Of a DNA stretch of 64,000 bases, positions 9,197 to 18,582 are shown in pieces (the stretch's first letter is position 1; each line of letters opens with the position of its first letter). This stretch comes from Candidatus Aminicenantaceae bacterium (lineage in GTDB: Bacteria > Acidobacteriota > Aminicenantia > Aminicenantales > Aminicenantaceae): NCBI GenBank assembly GCA_041862375.1, contig JBGVTE010000065.1, positions 2,540 through 66,539 of the forward strand, read 5' to 3'. The notes beneath the pieces were generated by a model. That model worked only from the letters and a program-made list of their open reading frames with translations, was not told the DNA's origin and ran no database searches. The position numbers and the translations under genes were made by a program.

Positions 9197-10000
9197 ATGT
9201 ATGAAAGCCACTGGGGTCTGAGGGAAAAGCCATTCGAGAACACGCCTGATCCCCGATTCATGTATTATTCACATGAACACCTGGAAGCTGCAACAAGATT
9301 GACCTACGCAATCAAGGAACGCAAGGGAGCAGCTTTACTGACCGGCGATTATGGCTGTGGAAAAACAATTATAAGCAGACTGATTTTTGAAATATTACCT
9401 CAGGATAAATATGAAATAGGCCTCGTTACCAATCCTATGCTGAGCTCAATTGACCTTCTTAGAGAAATTTGCTTTGAATTGGATATAAGGCTTTCTCCAG
9501 ATTCAACAAAACCTCAAATATTAAAAGACCTCAATAACAATTTTTACGAAAATATGAATAATGACAAAGAAAGTGTTATTATGATAGACGAAGCCCATAC
9601 TATCAAGGACACGGACACATTTGAGGAATTGAGGCTTCTCTTGAATTTTCAGCTCAACGAAAGGTTTCTCATGACGCTTGTACTCATCGGGCAGCCCGAA
9701 CTGAGGAATAAAATAGATAATCTTCAATCATTCAAACAGAGAATATCGATAATGTATCATATAAATCCCTTGAGTAAGAGCGACACTGAAAAGTACATAG
9801 CTCACAGATTAAGTAAGGCCGGTGTTGTAAGAGAAATCTTTTTACCAGCTTCCCTAAAATTAATTTGGGAAAGATCCGAAGGAATTCCTCGAGTGATAAA
9901 TACTATCTGTGACATGTGCTTACTCACAGGATTTACTAGAAAACTTAATGTTATAAACGAAGAAGTAGCAAAACAAATTATCAATGATTTAGGTAGTTAA
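9197..10000 (+). CDS. ExeA/GspA-like AAA ATPase (type seen with PEP-CTERM/EPS loci)
   Basis: MY..HWGL.EKPF..TPDP.F, Walker A GDYGCGKT, Walker B IMIDEAH, LIGQPEL, GIPR.IN..CD. Confidence 0.88.
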   Translation: MYESHWGLREKPFENTPDPRFMYYSHEHLEAATRLTYAIKERKGAALLTGDYGCGKTIISRLIFEILPQDKYEIGLVTNPMLSSIDLLREICFELDIRLSPDSTKPQILKDLNNNFYENMNNDKESVIMIDEAHTIKDTDTFEELRLLLNFQLNERFLMTLVLIGQPELRNKIDNLQSFKQRISIMYHINPLSKSDTEKYIAHRLSKAGVVREIFLPASLKLIWERSEGIPRVINTICDMCLLTGFTRKLNVINEEVAKQIINDLGS

Positions 10001-10006
10001 GTCATT

Positions 10007-11011
10007 ATGGTCAGAATATCTGAACTTCTAAAAAAGCGCGCTGGAGAGAAACCTCAAACCGGTGAATTTTTAGTCTCTGAAGCAATCAAAGAAAAGGGAG
10101 ATATAGACAGCCCGCTTGGAGTCAGAAGAATTTATGAGGATACAATTCTTCGTTTAAAGCATATATTTCAAGATATTATAGATGGTAAATCCGTAGAGAT
10201 AAAAGAAATTGAAAACCTTGCTGTAAAAATAGAAGAAACACTTCAGGTTAAGATTGATACATTCCTGTCTTTAGTAAACAATTTCTCTCTATATGAAAAG
10301 GAAGATGATTTTCTCTATGCTCATTCAGTAAATGTGGCAATTTTAGTAACTAACATCGGAATATCATTTGGATTTGATAAAAGAGAACTTATTGATTTAT
10401 GCATAGCTAGCCTTATACATGATATCGGTATGCTTAAAGTCCCCCAAGAAATAGTGAGCAAGCCCGAAAAATTAACAAAAGGGGAGTTTGAGCTGGTTAA
10501 AAAGCATCCGATTTATGGCTTACAATTATTGAGTAACGTCAAAGGTTTGCCGAAAGCTACTCTTGAAGTTGTTTATCATCACCATGATAAAATAGATGGA
10601 ACAGGGTACCCTGAGCCAAAGAGAGGTGAGAGAACCTCCAAATATGCTCAAATCGTGGGAATAGCTGAAATTTATGAAGCTTTAACACATCCTCGACCCT
10701 ATCGCAGTTATAAAATTATTCCTTCCGAGGCTGTAAAAATTATTGTCAAAGAGGAATCGAGTTCCTATGAAAATGAAATACTAAGAGCTTTTCTCAACTA
10801 TGTTACTTTTTATCCCGTCGGAAGCCATGTATTATTGAATACCAATGAAATTGGCAAGGTCCTTAAAGTAAACGAGAATCTTCCCCTGCGTCCAGTTGTA
10901 GAAATCATGTACGATTCAGAAAGAAAGAAACTTGAGAAAACCAAAACAATTGATTTGACAAAATCTCCCGTTGTATACATAGAGAAAGCTATAGATGAGG
11001 ATACTATTTAA
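10007..11011 (+). CDS. HD-GYP domain protein (c-di-GMP phosphodiesterase family)
   Basis: HSVNVA, HDIG, KKHP, HHDKIDGTGYP, RPY, C-terminal YPVGS.V.L.T.E. Confidence 0.85.
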   Translation: MVRISELLKKRAGEKPQTGEFLVSEAIKEKGDIDSPLGVRRIYEDTILRLKHIFQDIIDGKSVEIKEIENLAVKIEETLQVKIDTFLSLVNNFSLYEKEDDFLYAHSVNVAILVTNIGISFGFDKRELIDLCIASLIHDIGMLKVPQEIVSKPEKLTKGEFELVKKHPIYGLQLLSNVKGLPKATLEVVYHHHDKIDGTGYPEPKRGERTSKYAQIVGIAEIYEALTHPRPYRSYKIIPSEAVKIIVKEESSSYENEILRAFLNYVTFYPVGSHVLLNTNEIGKVLKVNENLPLRPVVEIMYDSERKKLEKTKTIDLTKSPVVYIEKAIDEDTI

Positions 11012-11146
11012 GTGGATTTTGGAGCTGATACCATTTATTATTTCTATACAGGCCAACAGAAATCCTAAAACATATATTCAAGCTATACCATCATGATAAC
11101 TTTTTCAGTTCGAACCTCGGAAAAAAGCTAATCTAAGACCTCGCTT

Positions 11147-11830
11147 ATGATTGTCTCAATTCATCAACCTCAGTACCTGCCCTGGTTGGGATACTTCGAT
11201 AAAATTGAAAAAAGCGATATTTTTATCTTCTTGGATAATGTGCAATTTAAAAAAAATGAATGGCAGAATCGGAATAAAATCAAGACTGCTCAGGATTGGC
11301 AGTGGCTCACTGTTCCCGTGATTCACAAATATCCTCAAAAAATTTTGGAAGTCAAAATTAACAACAGAGTCCCTTGGAGCAGAAAACATTTAAGTGCGCT
11401 TATTACTAATTATTCCAAGGCTCCCTTTTATAAAGAGTATATTGATTTTTTTGAACAAACATATGCCCGGAACTGGGGCTATTTAGCCGACATTAATATT
11501 CAAATGATTAAATATTTAACAACTGCTTTGGGTATTTCGGAGAAAAAGTTTATAAAGGCATCAAAATACGAAGTGAGAGAAGACGGCACTGAGCGATTAA
11601 TTGATCTATGCAAGCACGTAGGAGGAGACATTTACCTCTCTGGAAAAGACGGAGCAAAGTATTTAAACCTGGACAAATTTAAGGAAGAAGGAATCAAGGT
11701 GATCTTCCAAGATTATAACCACCCGCAATATCCTCAGCTTTATGGAAGTTTTGAGCCATATCTTTCAGTCATAGATTTACTCTTTAATTGCGGTCAAAAG
11801 AGCCTTTCAATCTTAAAGGGAGGAGAATGA
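11147..11830 (+). CDS. WbqC-family protein
   Basis: IHQP.YLPWLGYF.KI, D.VQF.K..WQNRN, WLTVPV, YLSG..G..YL, LSVIDLLFN. Confidence 0.9.
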   Translation: MIVSIHQPQYLPWLGYFDKIEKSDIFIFLDNVQFKKNEWQNRNKIKTAQDWQWLTVPVIHKYPQKILEVKINNRVPWSRKHLSALITNYSKAPFYKEYIDFFEQTYARNWGYLADINIQMIKYLTTALGISEKKFIKASKYEVREDGTERLIDLCKHVGGDIYLSGKDGAKYLNLDKFKEEGIKVIFQDYNHPQYPQLYGSFEPYLSVIDLLFNCGQKSLSILKGGE

Positions 11831-12447
11831 AATTGAATATTTTAGCTTTAGGAGCACATCCCGACGATATTGAATACGGGTGCGGAGGCAGTTTTCTTAA
11901 ATTTTCCAGAAAAGGAGTGAAAATATATTTTATGGTTTTAACCAAAGGTGAATTCGGTGGAGAGACAGAAGTAAGACAGAAAGAACAAGAAGAAGCAATG
12001 AAAATTTTGGGCATTAAGAAGATATTTTGGGGTGGATACATGGACACTGAGCTTCCCAATGAAAGAATAATAATCACCCATATTGATGAAGTAATTAAAA
12101 AGGTGAATCCAGATGAAATATACGTAAATTACTTTGATGATATTCATCAGGACCACCGGATATTAGCGAAATGTACTTTAGCCGCAACTCGGTATATAAA
12201 AAGGGTGTTGTTCTATGAAGATTACACCTCCAGTAATTTTGAACCGGATATATTTGTTGATATTGAGGATGTATTGGAAGAAAAACAAAAATTGATTCAA
12301 GTATTTTCTTCTCAAGTTGTTAAAACTTACCCTACTAAACTAGATATAGTTGAAAGTGTGCGAGCTACAGCAAATTTCAGGGGATTTCAAGGAAAAGTTA
12401 AGTATGCTGAAGGATTCAAGGCGTTCAGATTTTTACGCGAAATATAA
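11827..12447 (+). CDS. PIG-L/LmbE-family N-deacetylase
   Basis: AHPDD.E.G.GG and D.HQDH motifs; start placed at ATG 11827 (ATGA overlap, AGGAG RBS). Confidence 0.9.
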   Translation: MKLNILALGAHPDDIEYGCGGSFLKFSRKGVKIYFMVLTKGEFGGETEVRQKEQEEAMKILGIKKIFWGGYMDTELPNERIIITHIDEVIKKVNPDEIYVNYFDDIHQDHRILAKCTLAATRYIKRVLFYEDYTSSNFEPDIFVDIEDVLEEKQKLIQVFSSQVVKTYPTKLDIVESVRATANFRGFQGKVKYAEGFKAFRFLREI

Positions 12448-12451
12448 TATA

Positions 12452-13501
12452 ATGTATTGTGAGCCTATTCCTCACTCTAGACCTTATATAACTGATTCAG
12501 ATATAAAGGCTGTTACTTCAGCGCTGGAATCTGGCCAGCTATCTCAGGGTTCTTCAGTCAATAAATTTGAGAGGAATTTAGCTGATTTTATTGGGAAAAA
12601 AGAGGCTGTTGCAACCAGCTCTGGAACTGCTGCTCTTCATCTGTCATTATCAGCCTTAGGTGTCAAGGAAAAGGATGAAATAATAATCCCATCCTTTGTT
12701 TGTACTGCAGTTCTGAATGCCGTAAATTACACAGGAGCAACTCCGAGGATAGTAGATATTGAGTCATCTACCTTCAATATCTCAGTTGAAGCTGTCAAAA
12801 AAGCAGTAAATAAAAAAACAAGAGCAGTCATTGTGCCTCACATGTTTGGATGCCCCGCTGAAATCGATGCTCTGTCTGATCTAGGAATTCCCATAATAGA
12901 AGATTGTGCTCAGGCCATTGGCGTAACTTTTAAGGGACAGAACGTGGGAAGCTTTGGCCTTCTATCTGTATTTTCTTTCTATGCCACCAAGGTTATCACC
13001 AGTGGAGAGGGAGGAATGGTTTTGAGTGACTCGAGAGAGTTAATTTCTAAAATCAGAGACCTCAGAGGATATGACAACAGAGATGACTACGTTTTACGGT
13101 ACAACTACAAGATGACTGACTTACAGGCATCTCTGGGTTTTAACCAGCTATCTTTTTTAGAGGAATTTATAACCAAGCGAAGAGAGATTGCTGTAAGGTA
13201 TTTCCGGGAATTTAAAGATTGTGACTTCACTCTCCCTCCCTGGAAAGAAGGAAACGAACATATATACTATAGGTTTGTTGTAAAAACCAGAGGCAATGCT
13301 TCTGATTATCTTGAAAAAACAGAAGAGAAGAAAGTGATGTGCAGGCGTCCCGTATATATTCCTCTTCATGTCTATCTAAATCTATCAGGATTTCCTCACT
13401 CATCAGAAGCTTGGAAAAGGACAATCTCAATCCCCCTTTACCCTTCTCTAAAAGAAAACGAAGTAGAAAGGATTATTCGTGTAATCAAGGAAGTTTTTTA
13501 A
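12452..13501 (+). CDS. DegT/DnrJ/EryC1/StrS sugar aminotransferase
   Basis: SSGTAALHL, IEDCAQA.G, SFYATK.ITSGEGG (PLP Lys), YNYKM.D; start placed at ATG 12452. Confidence 0.92.
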   Translation: MYCEPIPHSRPYITDSDIKAVTSALESGQLSQGSSVNKFERNLADFIGKKEAVATSSGTAALHLSLSALGVKEKDEIIIPSFVCTAVLNAVNYTGATPRIVDIESSTFNISVEAVKKAVNKKTRAVIVPHMFGCPAEIDALSDLGIPIIEDCAQAIGVTFKGQNVGSFGLLSVFSFYATKVITSGEGGMVLSDSRELISKIRDLRGYDNRDDYVLRYNYKMTDLQASLGFNQLSFLEEFITKRREIAVRYFREFKDCDFTLPPWKEGNEHIYYRFVVKTRGNASDYLEKTEEKKVMCRRPVYIPLHVYLNLSGFPHSSEAWKRTISIPLYPSLKENEVERIIRVIKEVF

Positions 13502-13517
13502 TATCAGGCGTAATCCT

Positions 13518-14714
13518 ATGAATTTGGAAAAAACCATGAGAATTATCAGTGTAGTTGGTGCACGCCCTCAATTCATTAAACTGGCTCCCTTCATTAGTGC
13601 CATAAAAAAACACAATGAGTCACACTCAAATCAGAAAATTGAACATTCGATTGTTCACACAGGACAGCATTACGACTATGAAATGAATAAGATTTTCTTT
13701 GATGAACTAGGTATTCCTGAGCCTGATGTTAACTTGGAGGTGGGTTCTGGCACTCATGGCATTCAGACAGGCGAAATGATGAAAAGAGCTGAGCAGGCCC
13801 TGATAGAGAAGATGCCGAACTGGATTCTTGTTTACGGCGATACTAATTCAACCCTTGCTGGTGCGCTCGCTGCGGTGAAGCTTCATATCCTTGTTGGCCA
13901 TGTAGAATCTGGCTTAAGAAGTTATAACAGAAAAATGCCTGAGGAAATAAACAGAATTCTTACAGATCATTGTTCCGCTGTTCTCTTTTGCCCGACTGAA
14001 AATGCTGTAAAAAACTTAATGAAAGAAGGCTTTCCAAACATTATCAACAAGGGCATACTATCAGACTCTTCTTCGATTGAATTGTTAATCAGCGACACCG
14101 AGCTACCAGTGGTAATAAATATCGGAGACATTATGTATGATACCCTTCTGATGGGCATGGAAATTGCCGAGAAGAAATCAACAATTTTAGAAAAACTCGA
14201 TATCAAGCCAAATGAATATTACCTAGCAACAATACACAGGGCAGAAAATACAGACAATAAAGATAGACTAAGGACAATAATTGATTCATTCGTCGAGATA
14301 AGCGAAAAATATCCGCTTATATTTCCTGTTCATCCGAGAACAAGAAAAATCCTTGAGGAATATAATATCCCTCATTCAGGTTTAAACCAGGTGCTTTTGT
14401 TAGATCCTATCAGCTACTTCGATATGTTAATCCTTGAGAAAAACGCATATAAAATATTGACAGATTCAGGAGGAGTTCAGAAGGAGGCATACTTGATGAA
14501 AATTCCGTGTATTACTTTGAGAGACGAGACAGAGTGGATAGAAACAGTGGAGAGCGGTTTTAATATTTTATCCGGGATAACTAAAGAGGCGATTGTTACA
14601 TCAACACTCTCATCTCAATTCAGTCAACAAGCTAAAAAAGCTATTTTTGGAAATGGCCAGACAAGTCAGGAAATGGTGAAGGTATTGATTAAACTGAAGG
14701 ATTTGTCCTTTTAG
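13518..14714 (+). CDS. wecB: Non-hydrolysing UDP-GlcNAc 2-epimerase
   Basis: VGARPQFIK, HTGQHYD, GDTNST, HVESGLRS, MPEEINR, TDSGGVQKEA, R.ETEW. Confidence 0.93.
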   Translation: MNLEKTMRIISVVGARPQFIKLAPFISAIKKHNESHSNQKIEHSIVHTGQHYDYEMNKIFFDELGIPEPDVNLEVGSGTHGIQTGEMMKRAEQALIEKMPNWILVYGDTNSTLAGALAAVKLHILVGHVESGLRSYNRKMPEEINRILTDHCSAVLFCPTENAVKNLMKEGFPNIINKGILSDSSSIELLISDTELPVVINIGDIMYDTLLMGMEIAEKKSTILEKLDIKPNEYYLATIHRAENTDNKDRLRTIIDSFVEISEKYPLIFPVHPRTRKILEEYNIPHSGLNQVLLLDPISYFDMLILEKNAYKILTDSGGVQKEAYLMKIPCITLRDETEWIETVESGFNILSGITKEAIVTSTLSSQFSQQAKKAIFGNGQTSQEMVKVLIKLKDLSF

Positions 14715-15891
14715 AGGATAGAGGGTAAATATTTTTCTGGATCAATAATTTCTTGTAGAGTTCGGCTATAATCTCAACCATTTTTTCACTGCTAAAATTC
14801 AAGGCCATTTCTCTTCCTGCCAGCCCCATTTCTTCTCTTTTTTGTTTATCCTCCAGAAGAATCTGAATATGTTGTGCTAATTTTTCTGGATTTTTTGGAG
14901 GGACTAGAAAGCCATTTCTACCCTGGGTCACTAAATCAGGTATTCCCCCGATATTGCTGGCTACAATTGGCTTATTAAGAGCCATCGCTTCAACTAACAC
15001 TCTTCCCATTCCTTCATTGAGGGAAGGCAGTACAAAAACATCAAAAATTGAGATGATTTTGACTACATCATCCCTCCAGCCCAAGAAAACTACATTACTT
15101 TCAACGCCTGATTCACGAGCCTGTCTTTCCAAACTTAGCCTAAGATTTCCATCTCCTGCAAATATAAAAAAAGTATTTGGATATGCGGGAATTATCTGTT
15201 GAGCAGCTTGAATCAAAAATTCCGGCCCTTTTACAGTCTCAAGTCTGCCAACTGTCCCAGCTACCATGGAATTTTCAGGTATTCCAAGCTCCTTTTTGAA
15301 ATTCTGAGTTTCATAAAAAGGCAGTTCTTTGAATTTATCCAGCTCTACACCGCTAAAGATAACAACAAATTTGTCCCCATCAGCTATTCCTGCCTTTATA
15401 GTGTCATCTTTTTCTTTTTCTGTGAGAGCAATTATTTTATCAGTTATTCGGGCAGCAATTTTTTCGAGCAAAATAAAGAGCTTTGTTTTTGCAGGGCCAA
15501 AGTAGCCAAAAAAGACATGTCCATGAGGTGTGTGTACTATGATTGGGACTCCTGCAAACTTCGCGGCAAACCTGCCCAGAAAGCCTCCCTTTGAAGTGTG
15601 AGTATGAACAATGTCAAATTTTCCTTTTCTTATAATTCTGTATAGTTTACAGAACGTCTTTAAGTCATTAAAGGGACTTATTCTGCGCACTAATTCAGGA
15701 ATAAAAATATATTCTATTCCAAAATCTTCTATTTGTTTTCTCCTGTTATGTTCAGGCGCGTCTACAGGACCTCCTACTAGAGTTACATCAAATATGGTTT
15801 TATCCAATCCTCTGACTGTGAGAAACGTGTTTTCAGCTGATCCCCCTTTATCAAGGCGAGTAATGATGTGCAGAACTTTAGTCTTTTGCAT
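14689..15891 (-). CDS. GT4 glycosyltransferase
   Basis: VHTHTSK.G, HTPHG, GRL..VKG, PS.NEG.GRVLVEAMA (EX7E). Confidence 0.92.
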   Translation of the reverse strand: MQKTKVLHIITRLDKGGSAENTFLTVRGLDKTIFDVTLVGGPVDAPEHNRRKQIEDFGIEYIFIPELVRRISPFNDLKTFCKLYRIIRKGKFDIVHTHTSKGGFLGRFAAKFAGVPIIVHTPHGHVFFGYFGPAKTKLFILLEKIAARITDKIIALTEKEKDDTIKAGIADGDKFVVIFSGVELDKFKELPFYETQNFKKELGIPENSMVAGTVGRLETVKGPEFLIQAAQQIIPAYPNTFFIFAGDGNLRLSLERQARESGVESNVVFLGWRDDVVKIISIFDVFVLPSLNEGMGRVLVEAMALNKPIVASNIGGIPDLVTQGRNGFLVPPKNPEKLAQHIQILLEDKQKREEMGLAGREMALNFSSEKMVEIIAELYKKLLIQKNIYPLSSKRTNPSV

Positions 15892-16042
15892 ATTCAGCGG
15901 AAACTTCGATTAATACAGCGCCAGTGCTTTGATTCATATTAAAACAACTGAAAATAGCTTCACAAGAGAAACGAGAAACATTTTTTTCTGCCTCCATTTT
16001 ATTAAGCCCGTCTTTTAAAATCAAATTTATTCTTGCTTGCGT

Positions 16043-16065
16043 AAGCATCTTTTTTTTCCGTTGAT
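16043..16065. repeat. Isolated terminal-repeat copy of element A
   Basis: AAGCATCTTTTTTTTCCGTTGAT differs from the 21-bp TIR by two single-base insertions. Confidence 0.55.
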
Positions 16066-16291
16066 TATGAATAATTCCTATATGTTAAACATGATGAGCT
16101 GAACGGGGTCCCCTCGCAACTCTCTTTTTTTTATTCATCTAGCTTACCTTTAAAACCTCTCTAATTCAACGAAAGAAACAATACTATTTACTTGCTTTTT
16201 TACCTGTGCTATAAGCTTTCTAGTGAGTAACTTGATTCCTCTCATGTATAAGCAAAGGAATAAATAACGCAAACATAGAATTGAAAACTCT

Positions 16292-17392
16292 ATGAAAGCT
16301 CGCCAATTTAAAGTACTAATCGATGCCAGAGAGTTTATTCATGGAAGAGCAACAGGTATTGGAAGATATCTGGAAGGCCTGACCGACGCACTAGCTGAAG
16401 CTGACATAATAAACGAAATCAGTCTGGCAGTATCTTCCAGTGAGGCAGTTCCTCTTAAATTAAAAAACAGAAGGAAAATAAAGAAAAATTATATTAAATC
16501 CTCTTTTTTTAAATCAGAGAAAAAATTATCCAATCTCAGCAAACAGGAATACAACTTATTCATCAGCCCCTACCCAAAATTTCCTCTCTTTGGTGTTCAA
16601 TGCAAGGCTGTACACATAATACATGATGTACTCGACCTTACCCATCCTGCTTACAGAAAACGCTTCAGAAAATTATTTGACCGTTTCAGGTTGAATTCGG
16701 CACTAAAAAAGGCATCCTTGACCTGGTATGACTCTTCATGGAGTTTGGAAGAGACTAAAAAACACTTCGGGTATGCGGGTAAAAATCCAAGAGTGAGATA
16801 TCCAGGACTGGACGAAAATTTAAAAAGTGACATGAAAGAAAATGAAGATTTAATTTTAAGCCAGCACAAATTAGAACCAGGATATATTTTAGTTCTGGGA
16901 AACGGATTACCGCATAAAAATTTAGGGATTTTACTAGAAATCGAAGATATGCTATCCAGAAAGATTGTATTTATCGGAGTACCTAAGAAAAACCAAAAGT
17001 TCTGGAAATCAAAACATCCATCATCTAGCTCGAAATGGATGCAGTTTGCTAGTGAGGAAGCTCTTCCAGTAATAATAAAAAGAGCTTTTTGTATTGCCCA
17101 GCCATCAACAGCAGAAGGATACGGTTATCCTCCACTAGAGGCTATGGCATGTGGTGTGCCCGCTGTAGTAAGCAAAATACCTGTTTTAATCGAGACAACT
17201 GGAGGAAATGCCTCGTTTTGTGATCCGGGAAATTCCAATGAATGGATAGAGGCTTTCCGGTCATTAGAAAATAAAAGCATCTACCAGAATCAAATAGCAA
17301 AGGGATTGAGATGGATAAAGCCACACATAGGAAAAAAAGGCTGGGGTCGACATATTTCGGATTTAGAAGAACTTCTGAGTAAAGCAAATTGA
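16292..17392 (+). CDS. GT4 glycosyltransferase (MtfB/WbaZ-like)
   Basis: TGIGRY, IHD, PHKN, PS.AEGYGYPPLEAMACG. Confidence 0.9.
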   Translation: MKARQFKVLIDAREFIHGRATGIGRYLEGLTDALAEADIINEISLAVSSSEAVPLKLKNRRKIKKNYIKSSFFKSEKKLSNLSKQEYNLFISPYPKFPLFGVQCKAVHIIHDVLDLTHPAYRKRFRKLFDRFRLNSALKKASLTWYDSSWSLEETKKHFGYAGKNPRVRYPGLDENLKSDMKENEDLILSQHKLEPGYILVLGNGLPHKNLGILLEIEDMLSRKIVFIGVPKKNQKFWKSKHPSSSSKWMQFASEEALPVIIKRAFCIAQPSTAEGYGYPPLEAMACGVPAVVSKIPVLIETTGGNASFCDPGNSNEWIEAFRSLENKSIYQNQIAKGLRWIKPHIGKKGWGRHISDLEELLSKAN

Positions 17393-17448
17393 AAGATGAG
17401 CTGGATTGTATCCCCCTGATTTAAACTATTAACCTCACCGTCGTATTT

Positions 17449-18582
17449 TTGATGAGAAAAAATAAGAGCTTAAAAACGAAACCAATTCAACATAATGAAA
17501 GATTGTGGTCTATCGTGATGATAGAGCTAACCAATTTCTGTAACTTCAGTTGCTCATTTTGTACCAGCGACTCCATGAAAAGAAAAAAGACTAATATGCC
17601 CCAAGATCTCTGGAAAAAAATCCTCAGAGAGCTTGGAGAAAAGAAGATGACTCAGGTTGTTTTTTTTCATTTACTGGGGGAACCCCTCCTTCATAAAGAC
17701 ATCTACGAAGCCATACGTTTTGCCAACAGTTACGGGCTATCAGTAAGCCTGTATACGAATGGAGCCTTGCTGGACACAACCAGGACAGAGATGTTGCTGG
17801 ATGCACTGAAGATTGGCAGAGTGGTTCTCAGCCTCCAGATCGCTGATCCTGAATCTTTTTATATTCGGTCTCGTGGAGTGCTTTCTTGGCAAACTTATAT
17901 TGAGCGGCTGCAGGATTTCATTGTGAATGCGACGTCCCTTGAAACTCCTATTCCCGTTCAGATACATTATTTGGCTAACGTTCGTGGCAGAGGCTGGAAT
18001 ATTGTAAAAATAATCCAAGAACAAAAAATCATTCAAAAAATTTATGACGAGTGGCAGGAAACAGAAGGAGGCAGAAAACGATATAAAATAAATATTTTTA
18101 ATCCTGCCGCATCGTATCCCCTCGGCAGTAATGCTTCTTTCTTTGTAAAGCACATGGGGACCTGGGATAATAAGCATATCCCTGATAACATGGATGTTAT
18201 CCTTAGAGATCGGGGACATTGTGATTTAATGACTGACACGTTCGCCATCCTCGCAGATGGAACGTGCACGTATTGTTGCTGCGACTATGAAGGTGAGTTA
18301 AACCTGGGGAATGTTCACCAAAGCACGCTTGAGGATATCTATTACGGAAAAAAGGCAACTGCTATACGTGAAGCCGAGAAAAAAGGCAGATTAATCGAAG
18401 AGCAGTGCATGGTTTGTCGTGGTTCCCTCGTCTATAAAAAGAGCAGGAAGCAAGTACCCTCCAGTAACATACTTACAGAATATTACTATTTTCGAGACCA
18501 TTTTAGACGCTATGGTCTCAAAAGTGCATGTCGGAAAGCAGTGGAAAATTTCGAACGCCGGATAAGTATACTTTTCAAATGA
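17449..18582 (+). CDS. Radical SAM protein with C-terminal SPASM/twitch domain
   Basis: IELTN.CNFSCSFC, GEPLLH, TNG; C-terminal C...DGTCTYCCCD...LGN...CMVC. Confidence 0.88.
   Translation: MMRKNKSLKTKPIQHNERLWSIVMIELTNFCNFSCSFCTSDSMKRKKTNMPQDLWKKILRELGEKKMTQVVFFHLLGEPLLHKDIYEAIRFANSYGLSVSLYTNGALLDTTRTEMLLDALKIGRVVLSLQIADPESFYIRSRGVLSWQTYIERLQDFIVNATSLETPIPVQIHYLANVRGRGWNIVKIIQEQKIIQKIYDEWQETEGGRKRYKINIFNPAASYPLGSNASFFVKHMGTWDNKHIPDNMDVILRDRGHCDLMTDTFAILADGTCTYCCCDYEGELNLGNVHQSTLEDIYYGKKATAIREAEKKGRLIEEQCMVCRGSLVYKKSRKQVPSSNILTEYYYFRDHFRRYGLKSACRKAVENFERRISILFK

Noticed and set aside
11101-11130. GTTCGAACC resembling a tRNA T-loop
   Set aside because: No cloverleaf, acceptor stem or CCA end can be built
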